From contig CAWCMR010000025.1 in the NCBI GenBank assembly GCA_963796685.1, positions 320,001 through 384,000 on the forward strand: a DNA stretch of 64,000 nucleotides, read 5' to 3'. Made by a program: the position numbers and the translations under genes. The notes below the pieces were generated by a model, which ran no database searches, was not told where the DNA came from, and saw only the letters and a program-made list of their open reading frames with translations. Each line of letters opens with the position of its first letter. Position 1 is the first letter of the stretch. Of the stretch, positions 1 to 11,026 are shown in pieces. Source of the stretch: an uncultured delta proteobacterium. GTDB lineage: Bacteria > Myxococcota_A > Polyangia > Fen-1088.

Positions 1-168
1 GATCTCGCGCGGCCGCGGGTAGCGCGGACGTTCCGCCGCCTCTTCCTTGGCGATGATATCGTTGCAGAGGGCAACGCACTCGTCGCAAATGAAGACGCGC
101 GGACCCGAGATGAGCTTTCTCACCTCGCGCCGGCGCTTCTGGCAGAAGGAGCAATGGAAGTCGTCCAT
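1..168 (-). CDS. clpX: ATP-dependent Clp protease ATP-binding subunit ClpX, N-terminal C4 zinc-binding domain (runs off the window edge)
   Basis: Manual translation [39 protein letters not shown]... matches the ClpX zinc finger (CSFC...ICDECV.LC); GGAGGT RBS upstream. Not in the ORF track because it is truncated. Confidence 0.88.
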   Translation of the reverse strand, partial: MDDFHCSFCQKRRREVRKLISGPRVFICDECVALCNDIIAKEEAAERPRYPRPREI

Positions 169-353
169 ACCTCCGTCCAGTATTGCACCGGGAAACAGGT
201 GAAGCCAAGAGGAAGGCGACGATTCTGTGAAGGGCTCAGAATCTTTCTTGCGCCACGGCAGCGTTCGTGCTCCGCTAGCTCTCCCACGAGTTTGTGCCGG
301 CACGCGTGCAATCCCTAGGGGCGGGTCCGGACCTCGTTGTATCATGGAGGGAC

Positions 354-1340
354 ATGGCGGTTTCGCCGCGAATCGGGGTTTCCATGGGGTGTCCGGCCGG
401 AATCGGGCCGGAGGTCATCGTATGTGCGCTCGTTTCCCGCCCGGAGATGGAGGTGACCGTCTTCGGCGACGTGGGCGTGCTCGAACGGGCAGCCGCGCGG
501 GCGAAGGTCACCTTGCCGAAGAGCACCAGCGTAGTTTCCGTTACCCACCTGGGCGAGGACGACGTGCAGCCTGGCTTGCCAAGCGAGATCACCGGTCGCG
601 CACAGGTCGAGTACCTCGCGGCGGCCACGGATGCCGTGATCGGCGGGCAGGTCAGCGCCCTGGTCACCGCGCCCGTTTCCCGCGAATGGGCCGGTCGGGC
701 CGGTATGCCGTTCTCCAGCCACATGGAGTTCCTGGCCAATCGGGTGGGCGCCAAGAGCTGCGCCACCATGCAGATCGGCTCCGGGCTGCGCATCACGATG
801 GTAACTGGCCGGGTGCCCCTGCGCCGGATCCCGAGCCTCCTCACCACGTCCAGCATCGCGCAAACGACAGTGCTCACCGTGCAGGCTTTGTCCACGTACT
901 TCGGTATCCGGTTGCCGCGCGTGGCGGTGGCCGGGCTCAATCCTCTCGCTGGCGAAGGTGGGCGCCTGGGCGACGAGGAAACCCACCTCGTCCTACCCGC
1001 GGTCAATCTCGCCCAGCGCCTGCTCTCGACCTCGGGCCTGGCCGCGCGGGTGAGTGGCCCGCACGAACCCGACACCATCTTTCGCCAGATGCTCGTCGGC
1101 GACTACGACGCCGTGGTGGCGCTGTACCACGACCAGTGCCAGATTCCCATCAAGCTGCTCGCCTCCGACGAAGCCGTCAGCCTGACCCTGGGTCTGCCCT
1201 TCGTGCGCACCTCGCCGGATCACGGCACGGCCTACGACATCGCGGGCACGGGCCGGGCGAAATACCAGGGATTCCTCGCCGCCCTCGACCTTGCCTCATC
1301 GCTGGCCGAGAAGAGCCTTGCTGTGCCCGACACTGCCTAG
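354..1340 (+). CDS. pdxA: 4-hydroxythreonine-4-phosphate dehydrogenase PdxA
   Basis: [12 protein letters not shown]-terminus, [33 protein letters not shown] motifs; GGAGG RBS before ATG 354. Confidence 0.95.
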   Translation: MAVSPRIGVSMGCPAGIGPEVIVCALVSRPEMEVTVFGDVGVLERAAARAKVTLPKSTSVVSVTHLGEDDVQPGLPSEITGRAQVEYLAAATDAVIGGQVSALVTAPVSREWAGRAGMPFSSHMEFLANRVGAKSCATMQIGSGLRITMVTGRVPLRRIPSLLTTSSIAQTTVLTVQALSTYFGIRLPRVAVAGLNPLAGEGGRLGDEETHLVLPAVNLAQRLLSTSGLAARVSGPHEPDTIFRQMLVGDYDAVVALYHDQCQIPIKLLASDEAVSLTLGLPFVRTSPDHGTAYDIAGTGRAKYQGFLAALDLASSLAEKSLAVPDTA

Positions 1341-1352
1341 TAAACATAACGC

Positions 1353-3173
<1,821 letters not shown>

Positions 3174-3180
3174 CGCGCCC

Positions 3181-3314
3181 AAGAAGAAGACCACACAGAG
3201 GACACGGAGACCACAGAGGCCAGAAGAGAAGGAAGGGGGGTCGGAGCCAGGATCCGAGACCCCATTCTCGCCGGACTCCGCGTTTCCTGTGTCCTCAGTG
3301 TTTTCATCTTCTTC
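3181..3314. repeat. CACAGAG-arm palindromic repeat, copy A (intergenic after glmS)
   Basis: Left arm CACACAGAGGACACGGAGACCACAGAG, central TCGGAGCCAGGATCCGA, right arm CTGTGTCCTCAGTG; same layout as the copies at 32781 and 48449. Confidence 0.75.
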
Positions 3315-3465
3315 GCCTTCGCCTCAACATTGCACAGAGTCATGTCGGTTCTTTTGGCGTGATCGCACATAGATCCGCGAATAGGTGAACAAACCTTGTT
3401 GAAAATCGTCATGATTTATAGAACAATGGTCTTGTTCACGTCGATTTGACCTGGAAAGTGCAAAG

Positions 3466-5262
3466 ATGGCTAAGAAGATAGTGAAGAAGGGCTCAAGTTC
3501 TCGAAAAAATGCAAACCTTGGCGCCAAGGCATCCCCACAGTCGGCGCCAGTCGGCAAGATCCCCACGGGCGGCGACAAAGTCGTGCAGTGTCTGGAGCGC
3601 GAAGGGGTGGAAGTTGTCTTTGGACTGCCTGGTGGCGCGGCCATCCCGCTCTTCGACGCCCTCTACGAGTCGAAAATCAAGCTGATCCTCACCCGGCACG
3701 AGCAAGGCGCCACGCACATGGCCGATGGCTTTGCGCGCGCCACCGGCAAGCCCGGCGTCGTGGTGGTGACCTCGGGTCCGGGCGCCACCAACACCGTGAC
3801 CGGCTTACTCACCGCCCTGTCCGATTCGGTTCCCATGATCGTGCTGTGTGGCCAGGTCGTCCGCCCCATGCTGGGCAAGGACGGCTTCCAAGAAGCGGAC
3901 GTCACGGGCATCACGTACGCCGCCGTCAAGCACAGCTTCCTGGTCAAAGAGGTGGCCGACATCCCGCGGGTGATGAAAGAGGCCTTCTTCATCGCGAGCT
4001 CGGGCCGCCCTGGGCCGGTGCTCATCGATCTGCCCAAGGACGTGCTGGCCTCGCCCTGTCCAGCCCCCTTCGTAGACAAGGTCGATTTGCCCGGCTACCA
4101 CGTGCCCGAGCACGCCGACCCCGTGGCGCTCAAGCAGGCGGCCGCGTTTCTGGCCAAGGCGCGCCGGCCGGTCCTCTTGATCGGCCACGGCGCGGTGATC
4201 TCGAACGCGGGCAAGGCCATCCTGAAATTCGCCGAAAAGATCAAGGCACCGGTCGTGAATACGCTGCTCGGCAAGGGTGCGGTGCCCGAGGACCACGTGC
4301 TTCACCTGGGCATGCTGGGCATGCACGGCACCGCCTACGCCAATAAGGCGGTGGACGGCTGCGACCTCATCATGTCCATCGGCTCGCGCTGGGACGACCG
4401 CATCACCGGCAAGCTCTCGACCTTCTGCAAGGACGCGGTGAAGATTCACGTCGACATCGACGTGGCCGAGTTCGGCAAGGTGTTGCACCCCGACGTGTGC
4501 CTGGCGGGCGACGCCAGGCTGGTCGTCGAGGATCTGCTGCCGCTCGTCGGTCCGTGCGATTCCGACGCCTGGCTCGGCCAGGTCGGCGCCTGGCGCGAGG
4601 AGTTCCCGCTGCATTATCCCAAGAAGGGCGGGCTGCGTGCGCAGCACATTCTCGATCGCCTGGACAAGCTCGGCGGGCGCGATTCCATCGTGACCACCGA
4701 CGTGGGCCAGCACCAGATGTGGGCCGCCCAATTCATGCTGACCACCAAGAACCATCACTGGCTGTCGTCGGGCGGCGCGGGCACCATGGGCTTCGGCTTC
4801 CCCGCCGCGGTGGGCGCCAAGCTGGGTTGTCCGGACAAGCCGGTGTGGGCCGTGGTCGGCGATGGCGGATTCCAGATGACCCTGTCCGAGTTGGCCACCG
4901 CCGCGGTCAACAAGATCGCGGTCAAGGTCCTGGTCATCAACAACCACTTCCTCGGCATGGTTCGCCAGTGGCAGGAGCTGTTCTACGAAAATCGCCTGTC
5001 GGGCACCGATCTCGAAGGCAATCCCGATTTCGTCAAGCTGGCCGAGGCCTACAACATCAAGGCCTTCCACCTGCGCCGCGCGGCCGATGTCGACAAGGTG
5101 CTTCAGTCGGCCATGGACTACAACGACGGCCCGTGCGTGATCGACGCCGAGGTGGTCAAGGAGGACAACGTCTTCCCCATGATTCCCGCGGGCGCCTCCT
5201 TGAGCGACATGATCATCGAACCGCCCAAGGTCGCCTTGGAAAAGCCGTCGGGGTCGACGTGA
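3466..5262 (+). CDS. ilvB: Acetolactate synthase large subunit
   Basis: FGLPGGA, RHEQGATHMADGFAR, TSGPGATN, DVGQHQMW, GDGGFQM, LGMVRQWQ. Confidence 0.98.
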   Translation: MAKKIVKKGSSSRKNANLGAKASPQSAPVGKIPTGGDKVVQCLEREGVEVVFGLPGGAAIPLFDALYESKIKLILTRHEQGATHMADGFARATGKPGVVVVTSGPGATNTVTGLLTALSDSVPMIVLCGQVVRPMLGKDGFQEADVTGITYAAVKHSFLVKEVADIPRVMKEAFFIASSGRPGPVLIDLPKDVLASPCPAPFVDKVDLPGYHVPEHADPVALKQAAAFLAKARRPVLLIGHGAVISNAGKAILKFAEKIKAPVVNTLLGKGAVPEDHVLHLGMLGMHGTAYANKAVDGCDLIMSIGSRWDDRITGKLSTFCKDAVKIHVDIDVAEFGKVLHPDVCLAGDARLVVEDLLPLVGPCDSDAWLGQVGAWREEFPLHYPKKGGLRAQHILDRLDKLGGRDSIVTTDVGQHQMWAAQFMLTTKNHHWLSSGGAGTMGFGFPAAVGAKLGCPDKPVWAVVGDGGFQMTLSELATAAVNKIAVKVLVINNHFLGMVRQWQELFYENRLSGTDLEGNPDFVKLAEAYNIKAFHLRRAADVDKVLQSAMDYNDGPCVIDAEVVKEDNVFPMIPAGASLSDMIIEPPKVALEKPSGST

Positions 5263-5264
5263 TC

Positions 5265-5338
5265 ATGGGAACCCTGAGAGTGTTCCCAAACCCTCCCGCG
5301 ATGGTCCGCAGTCGGCGAAGCCGCCTGCTCCCCACGCG
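5265..5338. repeat. Diverged single copy of the TGGGAACCCT palindromic repeat, just after the ilvB stop
   Basis: ATGGGAACCCTGAGAGTGTTCCCAAACCCTCCCGCG...GGCGAAGCC aligns to the unit at 5982. Confidence 0.8.
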
Positions 5339-5403
5339 AACTGGCAACGCAACCGAAAATCAGTCCATCGAGTGACAACGTCTTGATTCGTAGAAGGTAC
5401 ACC

Positions 5404-5979
5404 ATGAGCTCTCTCGCAACGACGACCCCAGCCAATCCGAGCAATCCGACTTTGCCGACTTTGCAGACCTTGCCGACCTCGCCGACCCTGCCGATGCACA
5501 CGATTTCCGTGCTGGTGCGCAACCAACCCGGCGTTCTCGTGCGCGTGGCCCTGGTGTTCGCCCGCCGCGGATACAACATCGAAAGCCTGGTGGTCAGTCC
5601 CGACGCCTCCAGCTCGGATTTCTCGCGCATGACCATCACCTGCACCGGCGACCCGGAGACGCTGGAGCAAATCATCAAACAGGTCGCCAAGCTGGTGGAC
5701 GTGGTGCGCGCCATCGACCACACGGGCCAAGCGGTGGTGGAAACCGAGATCGCGCTGGTGAAGATCCAGGCCAATCTCGACGAACGCACCGTGATCTTGC
5801 AAACCGCCGAGCACTACAAGGCCAAGGTCGTGGACTGCAGCGCAAGCTCGCTCATCCTGCGCGTGACCGGCGCCAGCGAGAAGCTGGACAGCTTCATTAC
5901 CCTGCTGCGGCCGTTCGGCGTGGTCGAGCTGGTCCGCTCGGGCAAGATCCTCATGACCCGCGGGCCTGAAACGACGTAG
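5404..5979 (+). CDS. ilvN: Acetolactate synthase small (regulatory, ACT) subunit; alternative start at 5494
   Basis: HTISVLVRNQPGVLVRVALVFARRGYNIESL, SRMTI, ELVRSG; follows ilvB. Confidence 0.95.
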   Translation: MSSLATTTPANPSNPTLPTLQTLPTSPTLPMHTISVLVRNQPGVLVRVALVFARRGYNIESLVVSPDASSSDFSRMTITCTGDPETLEQIIKQVAKLVDVVRAIDHTGQAVVETEIALVKIQANLDERTVILQTAEHYKAKVVDCSASSLILRVTGASEKLDSFITLLRPFGVVELVRSGKILMTRGPETT

Positions 5980-5981
5980 TA

Positions 5982-6798
5982 ATGGGAACCCTGGGAGGGT
6001 TCCCAAACCCTCCCGCGCTATGGCTCCGCCGGGCGAAGCCCGGCTTCGCCTACGCGGTCATGGGAACCCTGGGAGGGTTCCCAAACCCTCCCGCGCTATG
6101 GCGGAGCCGCGAGGGGCGCGTCCGAAGGACGCGAGCGGGAGGGCGGGGAGGTGGAGGTCCCGAAGCACCGACGAAGTCGGTGGGCGAAGCCCGGCTTCGC
6201 CTACGCAGCCATGGGAACCCTGGGAGGGTTCCGCGTTGCACTCGGCACCGCCAGCCCACCCTGCCACCCCCGCGCTCCGCGCGGCCTCGCCAAACCCTCC
6301 CGCGCTATGGCGGAGCCGCGAGGGGCGCGTCCGAAGGACGCGAGCGGGAGGGCGGGGAGGTGGAGGTCCCGAAGCACCGACGAAGTCGGTGGGCGAAGCC
6401 CGGCTTCGCCTACGCGGTCATGGGAACCCTGGGAGGGTTCCGCGTTGCACTCGGCACCGCCAGCCCACCCTGCCACCCCCGCGCTCCGCGCGGCCTCGCC
6501 AAACCCTCCCGCGCTATGGCGGAGCCGCGAGGGGCGCGTCCGAAGGACGCGAGCGGGAGGGCGGGGAGGTGGAGGTCCCGAAGCACCGACGAAGTCGGTG
6601 GGCGAAGCCCGGCTTCGCCTACGCGGCCATGGGAACCCTGACCTGAAACCACCTCGCCCCGCGAAGCGGGGAGAGGTCGCCGAGCGCAGCGAGGCGGGTG
6701 AGGGGCTGTCACGTTTCACGCCTGAATGATCCGGGCCTTCGGCCCGGCGGCGGTACTGGGAGGGTTCCGCGTTGCACTCGGAACTGCCTCGCCAAACC
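5982..6798. repeat. Tandem, nested array of palindromic (REP/BIME-like) repeats
   Basis: Units start ATGGGAACCCTG at 5982, 6060, 6211, 6420 and 6629 (spacings 78, 151, 209, 209 bp). The two 209-bp units are nearly identical and carry several perfect hairpins. Confidence 0.93.
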
Positions 6799-6820
6799 TT
6801 GGCGTTCTGGCTGCGTGTGG

Positions 6821-7228
6821 CTAGCGGACCGCCTGCAGGGGCATCTGGCGCGCTTGGCTGACCGGGGTCAGCAGAATGCCGTCGGCATCGAGGTCGCGAA
6901 GACGCGGCAGGGTGATGGGTTGCCAAGGCACGGTCGCGTCGAAGAGGAAGTTGATCTTGTATTTTTTGTCGGGGGGGATGCGGTTGCGTCGGAGAATCCA
7001 GCTCAGGAACTCCTTGATCCCCGATGAGTTGAGGAAAGCCAGCTCCGTCACGTCCACCTTGACCTCGGCAAGACCCTCGCCGAGCGCCATGTTGTGAACG
7101 ATCTCGAAGAACCCGGCCAGGAAGTCGCGCGGGCTGAGCTGGTCGATCTCGCCGGCAATGAAGACCGTGTCCCCGTCCACACGCAGGTTGATCTTTCCGC
7201 CTGCTACCTGCACCGTTGATATCTGCAT
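6821..7228 (-). CDS. STAS/SiaC-like small protein (anti-sigma-antagonist-like fold)
   Basis: VFIAGEID...VKVDVTELAFLNSSGIKEF resembles the STAS phospho-serine motif (D...L.F.DSSG); 135 aa from ATG 7228. Confidence 0.65.
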   Translation of the reverse strand: MQISTVQVAGGKINLRVDGDTVFIAGEIDQLSPRDFLAGFFEIVHNMALGEGLAEVKVDVTELAFLNSSGIKEFLSWILRRNRIPPDKKYKINFLFDATVPWQPITLPRLRDLDADGILLTPVSQARQMPLQAVR

Positions 7229-7394
7229 CGCGCACCTGCTTGCAAGAACCACTGACCCATTGATCTTCGGCAAGAATGGGCAGGTCTGTAGCTCGCCTCG
7301 AAAACACACCGCTGGACGACAAGACCGCGACACGCATGTCAGACAGGCGTCGTCCGGCGCGCCGGATGCGCCAGCTTTTTCGCGTCTTTGCTGG

Positions 7395-7410
7395 CGGCAT
7401 GCAAATTGCT
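7395..7410 (+). promoter_or_regulatory. Sigma54 (-24/-12) promoter
   Basis: CGGCATG-CAAA-TTGCT has exact GG-N10-GC spacing and lies 17 bp upstream of ATG 7428. Confidence 0.7.
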
Positions 7411-7427
7411 GCATGAAGCTGTCTGCC

Positions 7428-9386
7428 ATGAACAAGTACCATCTGGTTTTGTGTGCACTGTTGGTACCGATAGTGGGTTGCAGCGCCTCGGGAGGCTCGG
7501 AGGGGGCCAACAGTCCCTCGTCCGGCGGCTACGGAAGAAGTGACGCGAGTATCGCCGCCGACGCAGGTGGGTTCACGATCAACATGGGAGGCTCGGCGGG
7601 GTCCACGGGCGCGGGCGGCGCGTCGGCCCTGCCGCCGGAACAGGAACAGAAGCTCGACTTCCTCGCCCCGCAGGCGGGTGCCCGGTACGTGTACGTGGCC
7701 AATCCCAGCCGCAACACCGTGTCCGTCATCGACTCGACGACCCTGGCCATTGATGAGCTCGCGCCGGGAGACTCGCCAACCTATGTGGCCACCGTCCCGG
7801 GCAAGGACATCGCCCTGGTCGTCAATGCCGGCTCGCACACCCTACGCGTTCTGCGCGGCACAACCATGAACGAGGCCCCCGTTCCCATCGTCGTCAAGGC
7901 CAACACCATCTCGGTCTCGCCCGACGGCCTGCACGCCGTGATCTGGTTCGACGCCTCGCAGATCCCCTTGACAGGCAGCGGAGGAAGCCCGACGGCGTCA
8001 TCTTCGTCGGGTAGCACCCAGGAGGTGTCGGTGGTGACCGTGTCGAGCACCACGGACGGATCCGGCGACAAGGTGATCTCGATGAGCGTGGGCTACAACC
8101 CGAGCGCGGTCGTGTTTTCGAGCGACAACACAGCGGCCTTCGTGGTCACCGATGACGGCATTTCCGAGCTTCGCTTCGCCACCATCACCGCGCCCGCCAT
8201 CGCTCCCTTCACCTCCATCGGCAGCGCATCCACGTTCTCGCTGGCCGTGGACGGCGGTGGCGCGCCCATGCCCACGGCCCTCGACACCTTGAGCGACTCG
8301 TTCGATGGCGGCGAGGCCGGCGACAGCCAGCCCTCGGTCGACGACGGCACCCCGTCCGAAGACGGCGGCGTTTCGGCGGTCGATAGCGGCTTTCTGCCAC
8401 GCGATGGAGGCGCATTCGCCCCGGATACGGGGCTTGTGCCGGACCAGGGTCCCGGCAAGGCCGACAGCGCGGCGACCAACGACGTCCTGCCCGACCTAGC
8501 GCCGGTGGTACCGCCGACGACGGGCGGGAAAGCCGTCGACGTATCGGTGACCGCGGACGGAAGCTACGCCATCGCCCGGCGTGAAGGCTCGCCCGAGCTG
8601 CTGCTGGTCAACCTCAAGACCCACACCGTGACCTCGCTCGTGCTGTCTAGCCCGGTGACCGACCTCGACCTCTTGCCCTCGGGGACGCAGGCCTTTGCCG
8701 TGCTTCGCGACGAAAGCAAGCTGGTCAGCATCGACATCCCCGACGGTTTTGCGGGCGGTGCTCCGTCGACATCGTACCAATTCGATGGCGTCACCATCGG
8801 CTCGGTCACCCTGAGCCCCAAGGGCAAGTATGCCGTGCTCTACACCACCGCGGTGCCCAGCGAGAGCCTGGTGGTTCTCGATTTCGCGCAAGACGAATAT
8901 CGCATCGTGGGCTTGACCAAGGCCATTCGCGCCATCGCCATCGCTCCCGACGAGAGCTCGGCGCTGGTCGTTCACACCGTCCCCACTGCTTCCGGCAGCG
9001 GCGGAACCGCGGGGCAAAGCTCGAGCACCGCTGACACCGGATTCGGCTACACCATGGTTCGCCTGGCAGACGGATACAGGAAGGTCGTCTCGACTCCCAC
9101 CATTCCCAACCCGTTCGCCATCACCCCCGACTCTGCCTACGCATTCGTGCTTCTGCGCGACGACAACGCCTCCGTGCGCGTGGCCCAGCGCATTTCACTG
9201 ACCAGCTACATCATCGACAATTTTCCACTCGGCAGCCCACCCAACTCCATCGCGGCGCTGGCCGGGTCGCACAATGTCTTCGTCGGTCAGGTCTACTCGG
9301 AGGGACGCATCAGTTTCATCGACTGGACAACCGGCAGCGTGCGGACCGTCACCGGTTTCGCTCTCAACGGAAGGATCCAACAATGA
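7428..9386 (+). CDS. Lipoprotein with YVTN-like beta-propeller repeats and an internal acidic low-complexity insert
   Basis: Lipobox LLVPIVG-C; YVYVANPSRNTVSVID and repeated (S/A)PDG..A blade motifs; DGG-rich insert mid-protein. Confidence 0.75.
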   Translation: MNKYHLVLCALLVPIVGCSASGGSEGANSPSSGGYGRSDASIAADAGGFTINMGGSAGSTGAGGASALPPEQEQKLDFLAPQAGARYVYVANPSRNTVSVIDSTTLAIDELAPGDSPTYVATVPGKDIALVVNAGSHTLRVLRGTTMNEAPVPIVVKANTISVSPDGLHAVIWFDASQIPLTGSGGSPTASSSSGSTQEVSVVTVSSTTDGSGDKVISMSVGYNPSAVVFSSDNTAAFVVTDDGISELRFATITAPAIAPFTSIGSASTFSLAVDGGGAPMPTALDTLSDSFDGGEAGDSQPSVDDGTPSEDGGVSAVDSGFLPRDGGAFAPDTGLVPDQGPGKADSAATNDVLPDLAPVVPPTTGGKAVDVSVTADGSYAIARREGSPELLLVNLKTHTVTSLVLSSPVTDLDLLPSGTQAFAVLRDESKLVSIDIPDGFAGGAPSTSYQFDGVTIGSVTLSPKGKYAVLYTTAVPSESLVVLDFAQDEYRIVGLTKAIRAIAIAPDESSALVVHTVPTASGSGGTAGQSSSTADTGFGYTMVRLADGYRKVVSTPTIPNPFAITPDSAYAFVLLRDDNASVRVAQRISLTSYIIDNFPLGSPPNSIAALAGSHNVFVGQVYSEGRISFIDWTTGSVRTVTGFALNGRIQQ

Positions 9387-11026
9387 GACGCCCTCTCCTG
9401 GTGCTGTCGCTGCTCCTCTTGCCCCACAGCGGGTGCGATGGCTCGACCCCACAATTCTGGCAACCCAGGAACGACCTGCTTCCCATGGTGGCGCTCGACG
9501 ATCGGGTTGCCTACGTGGAGAAGAATTCGCACGCCGCCTACCTGCTCGATCCGGCGGCCACCTCCTTCGAGCCTCAGGTGGTGACCGTGGGCAAGGCCCC
9601 CATCGCGGCGATCAAGCACAACGGCAGCAACCAGATGCTGGTCTTGAGCAACGGCGATAACGGATCGGCCAGCGTCGCGGCCATTTCACCCCAGCTTCAG
9701 ATCGTCGACGCGAAAGCCAGCGTGGCCCCTGACATTCGCCTGCTTGCCGGCCGCTTCGATGGCCTGGCCCAGTCGGCAGACGGACGGTTCGTCGTCCTCT
9801 ACCACACGTCGTCCACACAGGACGCAAGCGACACCGGTCTGTTCAATCCCAACGAGATGACCATCGTCGATTTCAACATCCCCCCTGATCCTCGTGTTTC
9901 CACGCTGCCCACCAAGTCGATTCGCAGCCTGGGCGGCGTGCCCACCCGCATCGAGTTTTCACCACCCTATCCATTCAAGGCCGGCTCTCGCCCGCTGGCC
10001 GTCGTGCTGTCGCAAAACTACGTCACCATCCTGGACCTCGACCACACCGACCGCACCGAGATCTCGGTGCCGCTCTGCCCGCAGAGCACGGGCTGCACCT
10101 ACAGCCCGGACCAGATCGTGTTCGACCCCGCCAATCTGAACATCTACGTGCGCGCGGGCAACGCCCAGGACATCTTCCAGATCACGCTCACCGATCTGTG
10201 GCCCGACCTGCCCACGGACGGCAGCAACGACTTCCATGCCTCGCTGTCCATGCTCAGCGTGGGGGCGAATCCTGCCAGCATGGTGCTCTACGGCTCGGGC
10301 ACCAGCGCGCGGCTGGCCGTCCTGGCGCCCGGCAGCAGAAGCCTGGTCATCATCGATCCCAGCACCAGCCACACCCTCAATATCGTCACCCCAACCCCCA
10401 CCGACGTGATCGTTCCCTTCACGGTTACCAACTCGACCGGCGAGGTGAAAAATCAAGCCATGCTCGTCGACACGACCCACGGCAGCACCAGCGTGCTCTT
10501 CGCGGATCTGGAACAAGTCGAGACCGAAGGGGGCCTGGCTGTCACCGACGCGCCCTTGCGCGCCGCCGCGGGCGACGTCTGGCCGCTGGTCGATCAAGGC
10601 ATCGCCGTGCTGGTGCTGGGCAAGCCGTCGGCCATCAGCGCCTTCACTGTGGTCGAGCTCGCCACGCGAAGGTTCGTCGACATCACGGCCAGCAGCACGT
10701 TCGGCAACCCCTACCTCGAAGCCCGCAATCCGAGCCGCCTGTGGGGCGTGGCCTCGGGAACCAAGCTCAGCTACTTCAATCTGGTGGCACGCGCCGGAGA
10801 GGCCAGCCTGACCCCGACATCGATCTGGCTGGATCAAACCATCGCCAGCATCCGGGCGCTCGACAAACCCGGCATCGATGGACACCGTTACCTCGCGGTC
10901 GGACAGAGCGATCCCGATGCGATCGGCAATCTGACCTTCCTCGATGCCGACAGCCCCGACCGCGCCACCGCGCGAACCGCCTACGGCTTCCTCTTCTCGA
11001 ACTACCTCGAGCGAGCTCAACCATGA
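9383..11026 (+). CDS. Lipoprotein, probable beta-propeller
   Basis: Signal MRRPLLVLSLLLLPHSG-C; ATGA coupling to the previous gene; beta-rich with SADGRFVV-type blades. Confidence 0.7.
   Translation: MRRPLLVLSLLLLPHSGCDGSTPQFWQPRNDLLPMVALDDRVAYVEKNSHAAYLLDPAATSFEPQVVTVGKAPIAAIKHNGSNQMLVLSNGDNGSASVAAISPQLQIVDAKASVAPDIRLLAGRFDGLAQSADGRFVVLYHTSSTQDASDTGLFNPNEMTIVDFNIPPDPRVSTLPTKSIRSLGGVPTRIEFSPPYPFKAGSRPLAVVLSQNYVTILDLDHTDRTEISVPLCPQSTGCTYSPDQIVFDPANLNIYVRAGNAQDIFQITLTDLWPDLPTDGSNDFHASLSMLSVGANPASMVLYGSGTSARLAVLAPGSRSLVIIDPSTSHTLNIVTPTPTDVIVPFTVTNSTGEVKNQAMLVDTTHGSTSVLFADLEQVETEGGLAVTDAPLRAAAGDVWPLVDQGIAVLVLGKPSAISAFTVVELATRRFVDITASSTFGNPYLEARNPSRLWGVASGTKLSYFNLVARAGEASLTPTSIWLDQTIASIRALDKPGIDGHRYLAVGQSDPDAIGNLTFLDADSPDRATARTAYGFLFSNYLERAQP

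Noticed and set aside
1341-1352. glmS ribozyme upstream of glmS
   Set aside because: Only 12 bp separate pdxA and glmS.
3315-3465. ilv attenuator leader peptide
   Set aside because: No short Ile/Leu/Val-rich ORF with a terminator was seen.
5982-6729. ORFs in the repeat array (e.g. 5982-6641, 6020-6646, 6151-6729)
   Set aside because: They are translations of the palindromic units in several frames, with no domain signal.
5982-6798. CRISPR array
   Set aside because: The sequence between recurring motifs is itself repeated (no unique spacers), unit lengths are 78-209 bp, and there are no cas genes.
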